A DNA stretch of 64,000 bases from Balanoglossus misakiensis. Taxonomy: Eukaryota; Animalia; Hemichordata. A program made the translations under genes and the position numbers. The stretch covers positions 8,480,254 to 8,544,253 of the forward strand of contig CM082583.2 in NCBI GenBank assembly GCA_040954595.2, written 5' to 3'. Shown here piece by piece: positions 1-13,322 of this stretch. Under the pieces are notes generated by a model that was not told where the DNA came from, did no database searches, and was given only the letters and a program-made list of their open reading frames with translations. Numbering within the stretch: position 1 is the first letter of the stretch; every line of letters starts with the position of its first letter.

Positions 1-2438
1 CGTGTTCGGGGAAAGGGACCTCCACCACCCCCCTCCACACACACACTCCACCCCAGGAAGGGGCAAACCCCCCCCCCCCCTTTTTTTTACTGTGACATCC
101 TGAATGAAACACTTATACACTGTATTCTGCTGTTGATATTTCTTTAGAAATACAGTTCACTACTAAATCATAAATGCACATAAACCTGTTGGTTAGCATT
201 GTACATATAGGGAGGCCATCCTTGGCACAATGTTTAAAATGTCATATGGACCTCTAACACAACCATTACAAATGAAACATAGATTCATATAGACCTATAC
301 AATTGATACACATGGTATGTACAAAGGGAGTACCTGTTATTGCAAATTGATTGTCATGAAACAAACTGCAAAAGTTGAAAGGTGTAACGTTTTTGGGGAT
401 TTGGTGAAATTAATTATTGTACAAAACATATTGTCTATAAACAGGAAAGTCCCAAGACAGTGCCAAAAATGGCCCCTTTTCATTAATGACAGAAAAAAAC
501 CTATTTAAAGCTGTCAAAAGTTCAAAAGTTATTCTTTTATCACACTCTATTTTGATGACAGAGAGACTTCATGAAAATCTTTGGTAAACTCTTTTTTTAC
601 ACATCTATATCTTAAACAAGCAAACATTTATGGTATCCAGAAGACATAAACAATGCTTTTTATCTCTATACAATTCAATGACTTGGAAGAATTTATGATG
701 GGCTACAAACAAACAATAAACAAAGCCTTTACATAATATGTACTGTTTAAGTACGGCCACATTGTACATGCCCATCTTGAAGAGTGATAATGGATTGTTA
801 TGTACATCAGCTGTTACCATATCACATATTTCTGGGGAGAACACTGGATTATAACGTTAGTTGTCACCATTGATTTGATAGTGGTACTGCATATTTTTTG
901 TCAGCACTGCATTGCCAGCAGTAATTACAATACAAAATGTTAACTATAATACAAAACAGTGACAAATTAGTCATGGCAGTGAAGTATTTAGATACCCCCA
1001 AGTATTAACTCCCTCCAATTTTCCCCCTTCCCAAATATTTCACACACAAAAAACCATTAAATACAAAGATTGTGAAAAGGTTGTCTATTTGGAATGTGAC
1101 ATTTAAAAGTTGCATACAAAACCGGCCCATTCGAATTCAGAGAAGTCATGAGTTGAAAACCATACTGACACTGCCATAAAATACCCGAGTCCTCTAACCA
1201 CTTCTAGCCTCATCGAGTCAATACTGCATGATTTAGTAGACCCTCACTTGCTCTGCCTAAACTGGCTTTTCACATTGGCTTGCGATGTCAATGTTTAGGA
1301 ACTGTGAGTCAGTTATTGGATGCAGCACCCCCTAAAGGTCACAAATGAAACCTCTGAATTTGCAGTTCATCCACAGGCACAAAAATTGAAATGTCTGTCA
1401 GTACACAATTACATATAACATGAAATTAAACATTAAGTCTTGGACATAGTACTGCTCTTACTTAGCAGTGATGTGTGGAAGTACTACCAGTCAATGAAAA
1501 TACTTAATGCAAAACTAGAAAAACCATGTACATTTGTGGAAGTTTTCATGCAAACACATAGGTGACCGAACCAGATTCTGGTAAAAAGTACACAATAAAT
1601 ATGTGCATTCTTATGTACACACTAGGTTGTATTGCTGTCACATGACCTCATCAGCAATTCAGCATGTTTTTTTTTTCAGAGAAGACTGCAATAGTCTGTC
1701 TTTTATCAGAGAATGAAGGAGATACAAACTTTCAATGCAAACTGGAGCATATCATTGTGGTTGTCACATATTCAGTGTTGACCAGGAATATTAAAAGACA
1801 CCTGTTATTTACAAATACTGTGTCAGGTGAAATAAAATTTAACTGAAAACGCTCTTTCTTATATAAAATCACTAATGTACCTAACAACAGGATACTGACA
1901 ATTACAAAACCTGTCCAAAATTCTGAGCACTTCATTTTTGCATCTTTTATGTCAGTCTTATTATTATTATGTTTATGGATGAACAATCATATCTTTTTTT
2001 TCATCTAGGTCATGACTTCAATTTTTTTAGTCAAAAATTTACAAATTAATCTCCCATGCCAACAGGAGAAATACTAAGTAATGTTGGCCTATGTCTAGTA
2101 GACCCAAAAATGCTGTGTACATACAATAACAGAATGGCAGTCAAAACAAGTTGTATTTCTGCTAATTCTTGCACAAGCAGTTCGTAAAAAATTGCACTTC
2201 AATAAGATGATATCACAAAAGAATTAAAGGCAAATATCTGTACACACTAACAGAAGGCACATGACAATATACACTTAGTTTTGTTCTCAGTGACACATAT
2301 TTTTGATCAGAAATTGAGTCAAGAACACACCCAGGAAAGTAAATACTTTCATTGATATGAAATTATGAGGAACCCTATTATTTTTAGATGGCATTACAGC
2401 TCTGATAGCTGTTAACCTTTGGTTATATAACTGGCTGC

Positions 2439-2564
2439 TTTCATGACCCCTATGTGACCTTTACATCCTGGCATTTTGTCGGTACCAGCTTACCAGTCTG
2501 TTACAAAACGGTGGATATTGTCAAATTATGTCACAGGATGCAAGGTCACCAAGGGGTCATGGAA
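2439..2564. mobile_element. MITE-like inverted-repeat element downstream of the EDC3 stop
   Basis: ~31-bp imperfect inverted arms: TTCATGACCCCTATGTGACCTTTACATCCTG and CAGGATGCAAGGTCACCAAGGGGTCATGGAA. Confidence 0.6.
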
Positions 2565-4991
2565 ATTGCCTATAGAAGAGTCGTATACTGTGTATGTGAA
2601 GACTGAATCTCAAAACTTTTGGATTACCCGAGCCATTTTTTGACAAATTGAAAGACATTTTTCCAATAAAATAAATCAAATAAACGTACACTGAATTTCA
2701 TCAGGGCAATTTCATTTTACAAAACAAAATAATGACATGAAATAAAACGATGCTGGAATATCAACACTTTACAAGTCAAACTTGACAAAAAGATTGAAAA
2801 CTACGGTACTTAAAACGATTCCCCCAAAATCTGTAGTACTGTTCGCTAAAAAAGTAACACAAACCCACTTTTTGTATAAGAGACTATGCCGATGTAAATG
2901 TCCAACTTGAAAGAACTCCAGGCAAAATTCACTTCACACTACCAATTCCATATCTCCCTCCCCCCCCCCCCCCCCAAAGAATAGAAACGAAGCCTACATG
3001 AAACCCCATAACCCCATTCCCTCCTAAACTGAACAACCTCCACTAACCTAATTTTTTTTACCTTCAAAAATAACTATGTTGACGGATTTATTTCTCCCAG
3101 TCAAGCATTTTTTTATTGCAAGCTGATCACTTGTCAGCCATACTGCCCAACAGAGTGTTTCCATCATTCTTCTACTTGGTGAAACTTGGCAATATTTTTA
3201 CCCAACTCCTAACATGTACAATTTTCATCTTTCATTTTTTCAAATAATGACAAACGATAGAAACACTGTGATTTTCAGTGAAGAACTGAAATTAATCAAA
3301 TTATGATGATGATATCTTTCTGCCTTTTTCTTTGTATGGAGTTTTTTATCTTGCTCTTTTTACATGTCGAATTGTCTGGCCTCAGAGCGGTAATCTCAGA
3401 TTTATCAATTGCATAATTCAACATGGTTCTTACCATCAGAGTATTTTCCATGCATGCACTGCTTTGAACTGACAACTAGACACGTTGCAGTCATTGGAAA
3501 AAGACTGAATAACAAAGGACAGCAATGTTTTGTTCTATGCATATACCTGAAATAAAGGCAAAGGTGTGAAAACCTCTGAATTATTTTTTTTAAAAGGTTC
3601 ACCGCGTGTCTCTACATAAACTCAGACCTACCACGACTTTAAATAGCTAGCACTCGAAATGTTTAAACTTCATGTACACGTAATAGCATCTCCTGAAATG
3701 CATATGAAACTGATTCATGGGATAAACAAGACACCAGCTCTCCACTTGTAGAACCTAGAATGCTCTAAACTTTTTGCTATTTAAATGAGGCAATATAATG
3801 GCATTATTAAAATGCAAACAAAAGAATGGACCATTAGCTATATTGTGTAAAAGTAAAAAAAAAAGCCATATCCTCATTTTCAATATTCCCCTACCACTAA
3901 TGGTCAGTCCTAAAGTATTTCTTCTGCACCAGGTGTCAGTTCATTTGCCTGAAGGCAAAGTCCGAACTCATTCTCTGATACAGCATAGATGAAGGAAACC
4001 AAATTAAAATGATTGCTTCATTTGACAGTCATAAAAACGTATACATGTATGATTCTAATTTAGCCTACACTCCTATTTAAAATTCCCTTGCACAAAGCAT
4101 TCTCGGAAAGACTTTCTGAAATATTTAAAAACAAAACCCTTATAATATATACTACATCTTTCTCAATATAAATCGATAAAAAAAATACTTGCTTTTTTAT
4201 GAAGAGAAAATATAATAGATTTTAAGTAAATAATGTTTTTGTGAATGTTTGTTGTATGTATAGCAGCCAATGTATAGAATTTGGTGATATGGGGAAATGA
4301 CCATCCGGGTTTGATTTGCCCTTGTTAACACACGGTAAGTGATTACTGAAAGCAATGTGGAATTTTTTTCACACTCCCTTATTTGTGCAAATCTTGGCGT
4401 GGCATAGCATGTGACGTACTTCATTGCACTATTTTTAGTGGCCTGCTACAGGCTGCATGTTATAATTTTCAAACATTTAAACCCTTCACCACCATGGTTT
4501 GTTCCAAAACCCATTGTTTTCCATGGCGATGTTGGACCTCTATACAGGGAAATGGGGTTGAAAGGGTTCAACAGAATGTGCTGATTTCAAGTCAACAGTT
4601 ACACATGTTGTATTGCCCAGACACAAGCTTGTGAATATTTGCTGATGAACTGGCACGCACTGTATGCAGTGTGTAACTGTGCTCGCGGATATGTTGATTC
4701 TGAAAATCTTCAAAATGCATTCTTCTATTCCCTATCAATCAGCTTTCAATTTGTCAATCAGACATCTTTTTTGCACCACACTGCTCGCTAACACACCAAT
4801 ACGCTCCAACAAAATTTCGTCAAATCTATGCATCTTTGGTCAGTCTGATACCAGAGCTGCTGATGCCTTATCAGCTGCCCGCAACTTTCACAAATCATTC
4901 ATTCACTTCAAGGTGCCAATCTGCACAAAAACAGATTATCCTGCATAAAGAGCATAACGTCCCCACACACACACACGCCTGAAAAAAAAAA

Positions 4992-7738
4992 TCACACTGT
5001 CTCACTGAGCTGTACATAAAGTTTACTCCCAAATGGAGATATATACTGAATCCCTGCCTCGGTAAATACTTTCTTCGGAATGCCAACATCGCATATGTAC
5101 AGAGTGCCAATGTTGTGGGAGATGGGCAGCGGCAGGCAAACTGACAGAGTATACCTCGTCTCGATTTCCTGCTCGCAGGGCGGATCCAAACTAAGTACTG
5201 GCGCTTTGTTCTTGTTGGCCCACTGGATGACATCGCGGTACCACTGTTGGTCGTTCAGGAAAGAGTTCTCTCTGCAGTCCATGGCATTTATGATGAGATC
5301 CGCTGGAGAGTTTGACAGATCTGAGACAAAATATGAAAGAGTTTTTTTATTCAGACAATTGTCCTCATATAAATCAGCAGATCACTGTCCAGTTTTCACA
5401 TAGACTATGATGGTGACCGTGAGATGGGGCCTACATGTACATGACAGAAATGGAAGTAGCAGTAACACAGCATATATCCTAGCATACAGAACTTGTGACT
5501 TGTCACATGACAAGAATCTGCATTCAAACAACCCTCTTCAACTGACCTTTGACAGACTGAGTCAGTACACCATCTGTCTGCCTGTAAATTTCCACTTCAG
5601 TGGTTAAGCACTCCACCATTTTGACAAAACTCGGCAGGAAAACTGTGACGTCAACATCTTGGTTGGCCAAATGCCTGGCACAGCTGACCCCCTGGGCACC
5701 AAAGAAATGGGGTCCGCACAGCACAATGATAGATGGCCTTTGTTGAACATTGTGAGGAGTGAGTCTGCAAGACAGCACACAAACATACAATTAACTTTTA
5801 AGCTGCTCCTCCATAGGGGTGCTTGTACACTAGTGAGATTAAATTTCAAAAGACCTATCTCAAAGATAACAGCATTATAAGGAACCTGTTGAGCCCAGTT
5901 TGTAGTCAGTTCACAAAGAAACTCAGTCACTGTCACATATTTGTTTTATTTATGGAAGGCCAAATAAATTTTGAGCAAAGTGATTGCAATAGTACTTATG
6001 CAATAGTAGGGGAGGCAACACTCATACCTGCTTGTCCCCCCGAGGTTCGCTATGGCAACATGGCACCCTGCCAGTCCAACCAGTTCTATCCTTTTAGCAG
6101 CACTCAGCCCCCACTTTTCTGCAGATTGAAAGAGCTTCTCTCGCAGTTCATTAGATACGGCAGGGACACGAACTCCGTGGGCTGAAAAATATATCAATGT
6201 AGCTGAGGTAAGACCAAATTTCTCCACTTTCAATGGAAAAAAAGACAAAGAAAATGTTAACCACATAATTTTAAGAAACTTCTATAATACTCACTTGAGT
6301 TGTAAGTCTTGAGACCAACACTTTGAGTTTGAGGTACAACAATATCTTTCACCAAAAGTGACTGGTTTAACACATTCTCATCGTGCCTGTAATTCTTCTT
6401 TTTCTTGTTGATCTCCTCCAGAGTCAACTCGTCGTTGCTCTGGGTTTTGTTGATCTCTTCAAATATCGCCGCTTTGTCAAACAGAGCCAAATTCTTCTCA
6501 AAGTCAAACTCCATCATGTATGTATCGTCGATGGGGGCGCTGAAACACGCAGCATCCCTTGCCTTCATTTTCTGACCGCTTTTCCCGCCTTCTATGGCTC
6601 TAGGTGCGCTGCTTGAAGCCTTCTTCCGCACATCCATCGAACTTACTGCAATGGATACATCAGAAAACATGGTCAGCTATATCCCCCGGGGGCCTGGGGT
6701 CAGGCAAGACATTTATCATCATTCACAAGACCCAATTTAACTTACTGAGTTCAAACTTACCCGAATTATTCCTTCTCCTCCCAAATGAGCTGCTCTTCCC
6801 AGTTCCCAAATAATCATCAGTCGTTGCATAAGTGGGATTTCTCTGGTTCCCCTTCACCTCCCCATTGTCCTGCGTCCGGACGCTGAAAGTTACCCCACCC
6901 GCGTTCAGCGGTGATGTACTGTCCGACTTCTTCAGTATTGTCTGCAGCTGTGACGTGTCGCCATTCACTCTCAAATTGTGCACCGGCACACCACTGCCAT
7001 TCATTCTGGAAGCACTCTCGGGGCAGGAAGAGGACAGATTACTAGGAGCAGTGTCCGCCCTTCTTATGCCCTCTGACCTTTTACCTTTGCCTGGGGTGTG
7101 TTTCTGGGCTTTCTCTCCCCTGAGTCCAGCGGTCGACGTTTGAAAAGTATTGTTTGCCACTTTTTTTGGGTAGACATCAATACCGTTGTGCAGCAACGTA
7201 TTGTTATTCTCATTCTGGCCTTTCCCAACATTTTCAAAAATGGTGTTCTTTGTGTCTGGCAGGTCAGCACTCTTGGCTTTCTTTGGCGTCGACCTCACAC
7301 TATACTGCTTTTTCTGTTTCTCTTTTTCGAGTTTTTCTTTTTCCACATCTTCAGCAGTCTTCAGGATTTTCAAGTCTTTGATGTCGCCAGCACTGTCAAT
7401 AGATAGATTGGTTAATGTTGCATTGAAACATGTACAGTCCTAAACCTTTTGTGTATGTGCTAGTTGAAAAAGCATACAGTTCAAGAAGAATCCTCAATCA
7501 AGAACAAGTTGAAGGACTTACAACATGATTTTAATGATCAGGATGGTGGAATCGGTTGTCGAAGTAACTCTCACCTTATTGTTAGTTCCGGCACAATACA
7601 CTTGATCCCATTTCTGTATGCTTGGACAAGTGAGATGGTTTGCAGGCTCTTGTCGACCATAGACACATGGCCTTGGTAGACGCCCAGCGAATCTCCGCAA
7701 TGGAGTGACACCATACAACCCAAGAACTCTTCCGACAT
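4992..7738 (-). CDS. EDC3: Enhancer of mRNA-decapping protein 3 (Lsm + FDF + YjeF-N domains), ~615 aa, 6 coding exons
   Basis: Exons 7738-7575, 7392-6761, 6645-6295, 6181-6028, 5764-5547, 5320-4992; all GT-AG and frame-consistent (1848 nt). N-terminal Lsm MSEEFLGCMVSLHCGDSLGVYQG...SAGDIKDLKIL, FDF motif EFDFEKNLALFDKAAIFEEI..YRHDENVL, YjeF-N region CGPHFFGAQGVSCARHLAN and LYICDVGIPKKVF..PFGSK. Confidence 0.95.
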
Positions 7739-8064
7739 TATGATGCACTGGAATAACCACTATGGTCTATGGAGGAAATCAAGAGATTGTATGTCAATCA
7801 AAATGGGAAATGGAGACCAAATGATATCAAAAGCTCTGATACTGTTTCAGCAAATACTACAGCCACTGTACTTAGTTCACGTAGACTGGGTGGGTGGTTG
7901 GGACTCATTGTTGCTACCTACTGGATAATTCTTTTAATAAACAGTTGAGTGTGATTTTACACCATTGTGAAATAGATACTAGTGTATGATGAGTCACTCA
8001 ACAGGTCGCATGTGTCACTGAGTCGCAGTTTGGAGGTACAGTTTCCGGGACGGCAAGGACATAC

Positions 8065-8755
8065 CTTGTTTAGGATAATTAATACTTAGTTCACATAAAT
8101 ATTTGACGTAAATTGAACAAACAGAATGAAGAGTGGCAGTGAAAGCTCGGGAAATTGTGTTACTCGAACCGCGCGATTATATAATCGCACGCACCTCTAC
8201 AAGTTGTACAACAACAATAACACTGACTCAGTGACTGGCTGGGCTGACATGACAGTGACAGGTTTCATTTCAAATTTGCAATGTTCAGTGGTAAATTGTT
8301 ATCGATTTTGCCAGAAAATGGTCTCGTAATAGAGCGATATGAGGGCAATAAACGATATCTTAACAAAAAATTAAACGATACGTCAGAAACGAAGCTAAAT
8401 CATGAGAAATGCGAACGAGTTTTGCATTGCCGATGACGTAAAAGGGGGCAGCCATGTTGGATCTAAACAAAGACGCACGGGAAATTTGTCGTCGGAAAGG
8501 CCAAACACGCTAGTCTCTTTCAGCTGATTCTCCTTCATTCTCAGACATTTGAGTCCCCTAATCTGTACCGAATGCGTTATACTTACCGGTAATGAAAAAT
8601 ATAAAGCGAACAAACTACAGCTTCCTTCTAAATCAACACAACCGACGAAACAAACCACGACGTCTTGTGTCTGTTACAGTACGTGTTGCTGCTGACCAAA
8701 ATAGATGCGCGTTACAGTGCATGCTGGGTAATTGACTTCACATCATTTCCGGTTT
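8065..8755 (-). promoter_or_regulatory. EDC3 promoter and non-coding 5' exon region
   Basis: Minus-strand donors AAG|GTATGT (~8064) and CCG|GTAAGT (~8586); acceptor just upstream of the ATG exon (~7767). ZNF143/Staf-like motif TACCCAGCATGCAC at 8717-8730 and ETS-like CCGGAA at ~8747-8752. CpG-enriched relative to flanks. Confidence 0.5.
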
Positions 8756-10208
8756 AATAGTTTGTGTAGGTGATGCGGGCACAGGCTGCCAGATCGATTC
8801 GTGTCTTTTTTTCAAAATTGAAAGACTATAAACTAACCAAATATAACACATTGAAGTAAATGTACTTCAGTGAGACACTGCATCTACATTTTTCATTCCA
8901 ATGTTTCTCAGTTTTAATGCCATGGTTATCACAAGACATGTACAGATACTAAAATAAGAGTCACAGATACGATGATGTGCTTTTTATTAAATATTCCATC
9001 TGTCAATATACAGCATGTATTACTTTAAAAACATAAAAGACAATACTAAAGGTGCTAAGAGTACATGCTCATCAATGTCGACGTGTGCGGCAACTTCAGA
9101 GACCAATGAAGCCAATCAAAGTTCGAGAAATGCATCCTTAGCGGTAATCTCCTAGGAGTCCGTCATTCAGAACAAAAACAAACAAAGCCCCACACTCAGT
9201 AATTAGCTTAACCTCCTTTGCTTGTTGTTTGGAGTATAACAACATGTCGTTGTCAAGGTTGTGTGCGTATAAGGGAAAAGCTGAAGCTGCCAGAAACTGA
9301 TTAGAATCGGAAATAGATACTTTCCATACCACTAATGAAGAAACTAATGGAATCTACATGAGGGCGCATTGTATGCCTAATGGGAAATTGAAGTATACTG
9401 TCGCAAAATTGAAGAATGCTCTTGCACGGTATTGGTCGCAATTATCATAAATGGGACACGTTCTTTTCTGAGATATCTCCAATATTAGTGGGCGCTCAAT
9501 GAGTCCAAAGGATCACATGTGTTTTCGTGTGTTCGCTGGGAGTTTATCAGTTTATTTACCGTAAGCAAACGGCAACATCCTACCGTTAGGCCTGCAGTAT
9601 CGGCGTATAAATATTGGTAGGCTCTTTACAAAAGGCATGTGCGAATGATAATTCTGTTTCTCTCTTTTAGCCTACACGATAGTGATTACCGGAATAGCGT
9701 GGTGAATAGACTATCTTTACCACGACGAAGGCCGTTTTCCTTGACGACAAAGAGTATGGCATGGTGTAGGAGAAGTTGGGGGCCAACAAAGGAGTCATGC
9801 CATTCATTAATATGCAAATACAGAGAAAACAGCGCCAAAATCAAAACAGAGGCTAACCCCACCACGGGGCAAACAATAAACGTATATAAAAACTGTTATG
9901 GCGCAGCGCATTTAGGGGTAAGCATAGCTGTGAACATGTGAAAATGTTGCGGGTGATAGACTGATAGTGTAAAACGGGTAGGAACGTACGACCCCCCCCC
10001 CCCCAACACTTGACCCTGCATCGCCCACCCATGCCCCAAACAAAGGAGTCATGTACTCCCGGCCGCGCGCACCAATGTCGGTTTCACATAGCCGTACCAT
10101 ACACTGATATAGACATGGGATAGTATGTAACCACGTCTGTGGTACCAATATTTATGTATTAATGTATCAATTAAAGCGAATAAATCGCTAGTTGGTAGTA
10201 TACGGTAT

Positions 10209-10244
10209 TCTCTTTCGGAGGATGTGGTGGCCCTGAAAAGGGCC
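10209..10244 (-). terminator. Histone 3' stem-loop and histone downstream element (U7-dependent processing signal)
   Basis: Minus strand reads CCAAAC-GGCCCTTTTCAGGGCC-ACCAC (stem-loop 10229-10244), then purine-rich GAAAGAGA (10209-10216). Confidence 0.95.
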
Positions 10245-10278
10245 GTTTGGTTTGGGTTTGGAAAGGTTCGAAGCTAAT

Positions 10279-10833
10279 TTACTTCTTAGCTTTCTTTGCA
10301 GCGGGCTTCTTTGGTTTTGAAGCCTTTTTGGGAGTTTTCTTGGTGGTAGCCTTCTTTACGGGCTTCTTCGGTTTCTTGTCCGCCTTCTTCGGCGACTTGG
10401 CCTTGGGTGCTTTCTTGGCCGCTGCCTTCTTTGGTGACTTCTTGGTCTTCTCAGCCTTCTTTGGTTTCTTGGCCTTGGTGGGTTTCTTGGCTGGCTTCTT
10501 CTTAGGGGTCGCCTTGGGCTTCTTGGCGGGTTTCTTCTTGGGCTTCTCCGGCAACTTACCGACTCGTAGACGACCGGTAACGCCTGAGGCTGTGGAGCCC
10601 TTGGGGCGAACGAGCAGACCAGAATCGAGACCAGATTTCAGAGCGCGGCGGAGACTGGACGTGAGATGAGTTGGGCTGACCGTTGGGTAGTGCGACATGA
10701 TGTAGCCCTTGATGGCCTGCACCGAGCTGCCTTTGGTGTCTTTCAGCGTCTTGATAGCCTCAACAACCATGTCGAGGGTCTTGGGGTGAGTTGCTACGGC
10801 CTTGGCCTTCTTGGCGGGAGCAGATTCAACCAT
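10279..10833 (-). CDS. Linker histone H1, 184 aa, intronless, globular domain of H1.8/B4 type
   Basis: H15 winged-helix domain HPKTLDMVVEAIKTLKDTKGSSVQAIKGYI...GLLVRPKGSTASGVTGRLRV, then a K/A/P-rich tail with SPKK/TPKK motifs. Confidence 0.97.
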   Translation of the reverse strand: MVESAPAKKAKAVATHPKTLDMVVEAIKTLKDTKGSSVQAIKGYIMSHYPTVSPTHLTSSLRRALKSGLDSGLLVRPKGSTASGVTGRLRVGKLPEKPKKKPAKKPKATPKKKPAKKPTKAKKPKKAEKTKKSPKKAAAKKAPKAKSPKKADKKPKKPVKKATTKKTPKKASKPKKPAAKKAKK

Positions 10834-10914
10834 TGTGAGTAGTTAGATAATTAACTGTTCGCGAGTAGAGGATACGAGTCTTTCAGTGGTAATGATAAGC
10901 AACTGGGAGCGCCG

Positions 10915-11011
10915 CTTATTTAAGCACCCCTCGCGAACGTCTGAGAAAACACTAGTGTGAAAAGTTCGCCCCCTGCGCGCACTGGTCCCTTTTGCCAGTC
11001 ACTGTGTGTTT
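10915..11011 (-). promoter_or_regulatory. Histone H1 promoter: TATA-like box, GC box and H1/AC box
   Basis: Minus strand: TTAAATAAG ~10915-10923, GGGGCG ~10967-10972, AAACACA 11005-11011. Order and spacing fit animal H1 promoters. Confidence 0.7.
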
Positions 11012-12880
11012 TCTATCCCCCACTTTTCACAGACTTTGGCGTCATTCTACTCGGAGAAATCGATTTTATTCAACACAAAGTTACAGTAATAGTGGTCTAC
11101 TAAATCGTGACACGAATACAAGGGCAGTTTCTCGGTCGTTTTGCGAGAATTCGATCATTAGATTGTGTGACCATGATTAAAACGGTTGCACACTGAAGCT
11201 GATTTGTGCTTGAAGGTTTTACAATCGGCATTATTAATAAATTATGAAATTCGTGTCGCAGGTTTTGCACGTGGATTTAATAAGACCAGCTATTCGACAA
11301 TGTTTTGAAATATTAACATTTAAAGTAACTTTCATGGAAGTATTCTTTTATAGAAGTTTAATACACGCTCGACCCTGGAAACAGGCACCCAGCGCCGCCA
11401 TCTTGACTTGTGTTTCAATCACTCGATTGGCCGAATATCTTGTCCGTCTTTTTATTGGTTCTGTCAAACAGATGGTTTAGAAGACCCAAGAAATTAAAAG
11501 GCAGACTAATATATTAGGTTGCCACTGAAAATAAATCTACATTGATGTGTGTGACCGAGTTGTTTAAACCACGGCTGATTGATCGTATCCCATTGTGATC
11601 CATGGCGCAGACAACTACGGTCAACGGTGACGGTGACCATGTTTAGAAGTGAATATTTGGCCATGGTTATTATCGAACAGAGAACAAGATGATCACATAG
11701 ATATTTCATAGTCTGTAGTCGCAAAAGACGCAAACGATTTAAGAATTGGGAATAAACTTATCAATATTTTTTTTTTCAATTTGATATCAACTTACTACAT
11801 TCATAAAATTTAGAGGGACAGATAATTGGCACCCTCAGAAACCCTTGTCATTTTATACTAGTACAAAATGCTCCTTTGCCTATTGGTGGGTAATAAAACG
11901 TTTATAAGCTGTGTGATTTTTTGCGTATTTTTTTACACTAGTGACATGCATAGCTAGTATTCATACATCTGCAAATGCCGTAGATTCGATTTCAGTATGC
12001 ATAATTAGTTTTCCGGGCCTAGTGGACCGAGTGCGACCAGCAGGTCGTTCTGAACTTTCATGGTTGCCTATGTGTGATTTCCGTTATTGCAGATACAGAT
12101 AATTGGTGATGGAAAAACTGTGGTGATAGGTAGGCTATCTTCTGTGCATTTTGTTGATTGTCGACAAAAACATGTAGTCTAACATCGCATTGACAAATCG
12201 TGGTCGGTAACGACCTGCTCTTCGCCCTAACCCTGTTGCCGATAGTCTTGAAATTTCTCATTGGTCGTAGGTGGCGCTACAAAAGTCAGTCGACCAGTGT
12301 TTGCTACCGTACGGCATGTTTCACAGCAAGGGCAGGCGTTGCTCCAGGACGCCATGGACAGGGGAATTAGGTCAAGGAATCAGGAGGGATAGACGGAAAG
12401 GCGAGATCAAACGGGCGTCGCGTCGTCAGCTGATCATGATCGATCGTTATGTTTCATTGACTGTAGACCAAAAAAATACGGAACATTCCTTATTTTGAAA
12501 TGAGTGACAGTGGAACTTTATTTTTGACAAGGTCATTGACATGGTAGAAATAATCTGCCAGCGACCAGAATGACTCGTACATTGGTGCCATAGAACTTGC
12601 AATTGCATATTCAGATCGGCAAATGATAATGTGTTGAACAGCTTGTCATTGGAATGCGGATAAGCGGCTTTCACGTATTCCTCGTAACTCTAAATGCAAA
12701 CTGTCAGGGAACCATGCAACTCGCGTTGCAAGACTGAACGAGCATTGCCTATCTTTTGACGGTATAAATCGAATTTGATAAACTGTATGGCTATGTAGGC
12801 AGGTCTGATATCACATTTATAGACCAGCAGTCACTTGCAAAGACAAACGCAAAGATCACAACACAGCATAAACAGCGAAC

Positions 12881-12881
12881 A

Positions 12882-12915
<34 letters not shown>
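12881..12915 (+). repeat. (AAAG)n microsatellite
   Basis: Direct tandem AAAG/GAAA units. Confidence 0.9.
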
Positions 12916-12917
<2 letters not shown>

Positions 12918-13286
12918 CCACGGTCTCTCCGTGCAGACGAATGGACGTCCGACCAAAAGACCGAAAAGTAATGTCAGGTGTTTCGAAAATAGTAATCACA
13001 CCCGACTGACACGTGGCACGCCCCATCGAGTCCTCGCACCGACATAATCTTCAGCAAACGTTATGACTAGATAGCGAACTGAAATGGGGTTGTACTAGTA
13101 TTAAAGTAGGTAAATACAAGTAATCTTGAATTTGTATGAATGCCATCTTGAAATCAGTGGTCGAGAGACCTGAAGAGTTCCCCAAGTCTCATATCACACT
13201 TGTGTGATTATCGGTAGTTTAGGTTAGGTAACGGGTGGTTCAACGACATGTTCCTCAGAGGGGTGCCACTTTTGGTTCACTTACAC

Positions 13287-13322
13287 CATAGACCCTGGTG
13301 AAATATTTCTCCAGGGTCTATG
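13287..13322. mobile_element. 36-bp palindromic mini-insertion with 7-bp target-site duplication
   Basis: CATAGACCCTGG-TGAAATATTTCT-CCAGGGTCTATG, flanked on both sides by CTTACAC (13280-13286 and 13323-13329). Confidence 0.75.

Noticed and set aside
10247-10669. 140-aa Phe/Ala/Gly-rich ORF that looks like a membrane protein
   Set aside because: Reverse complement of the lysine-rich H1 tail.
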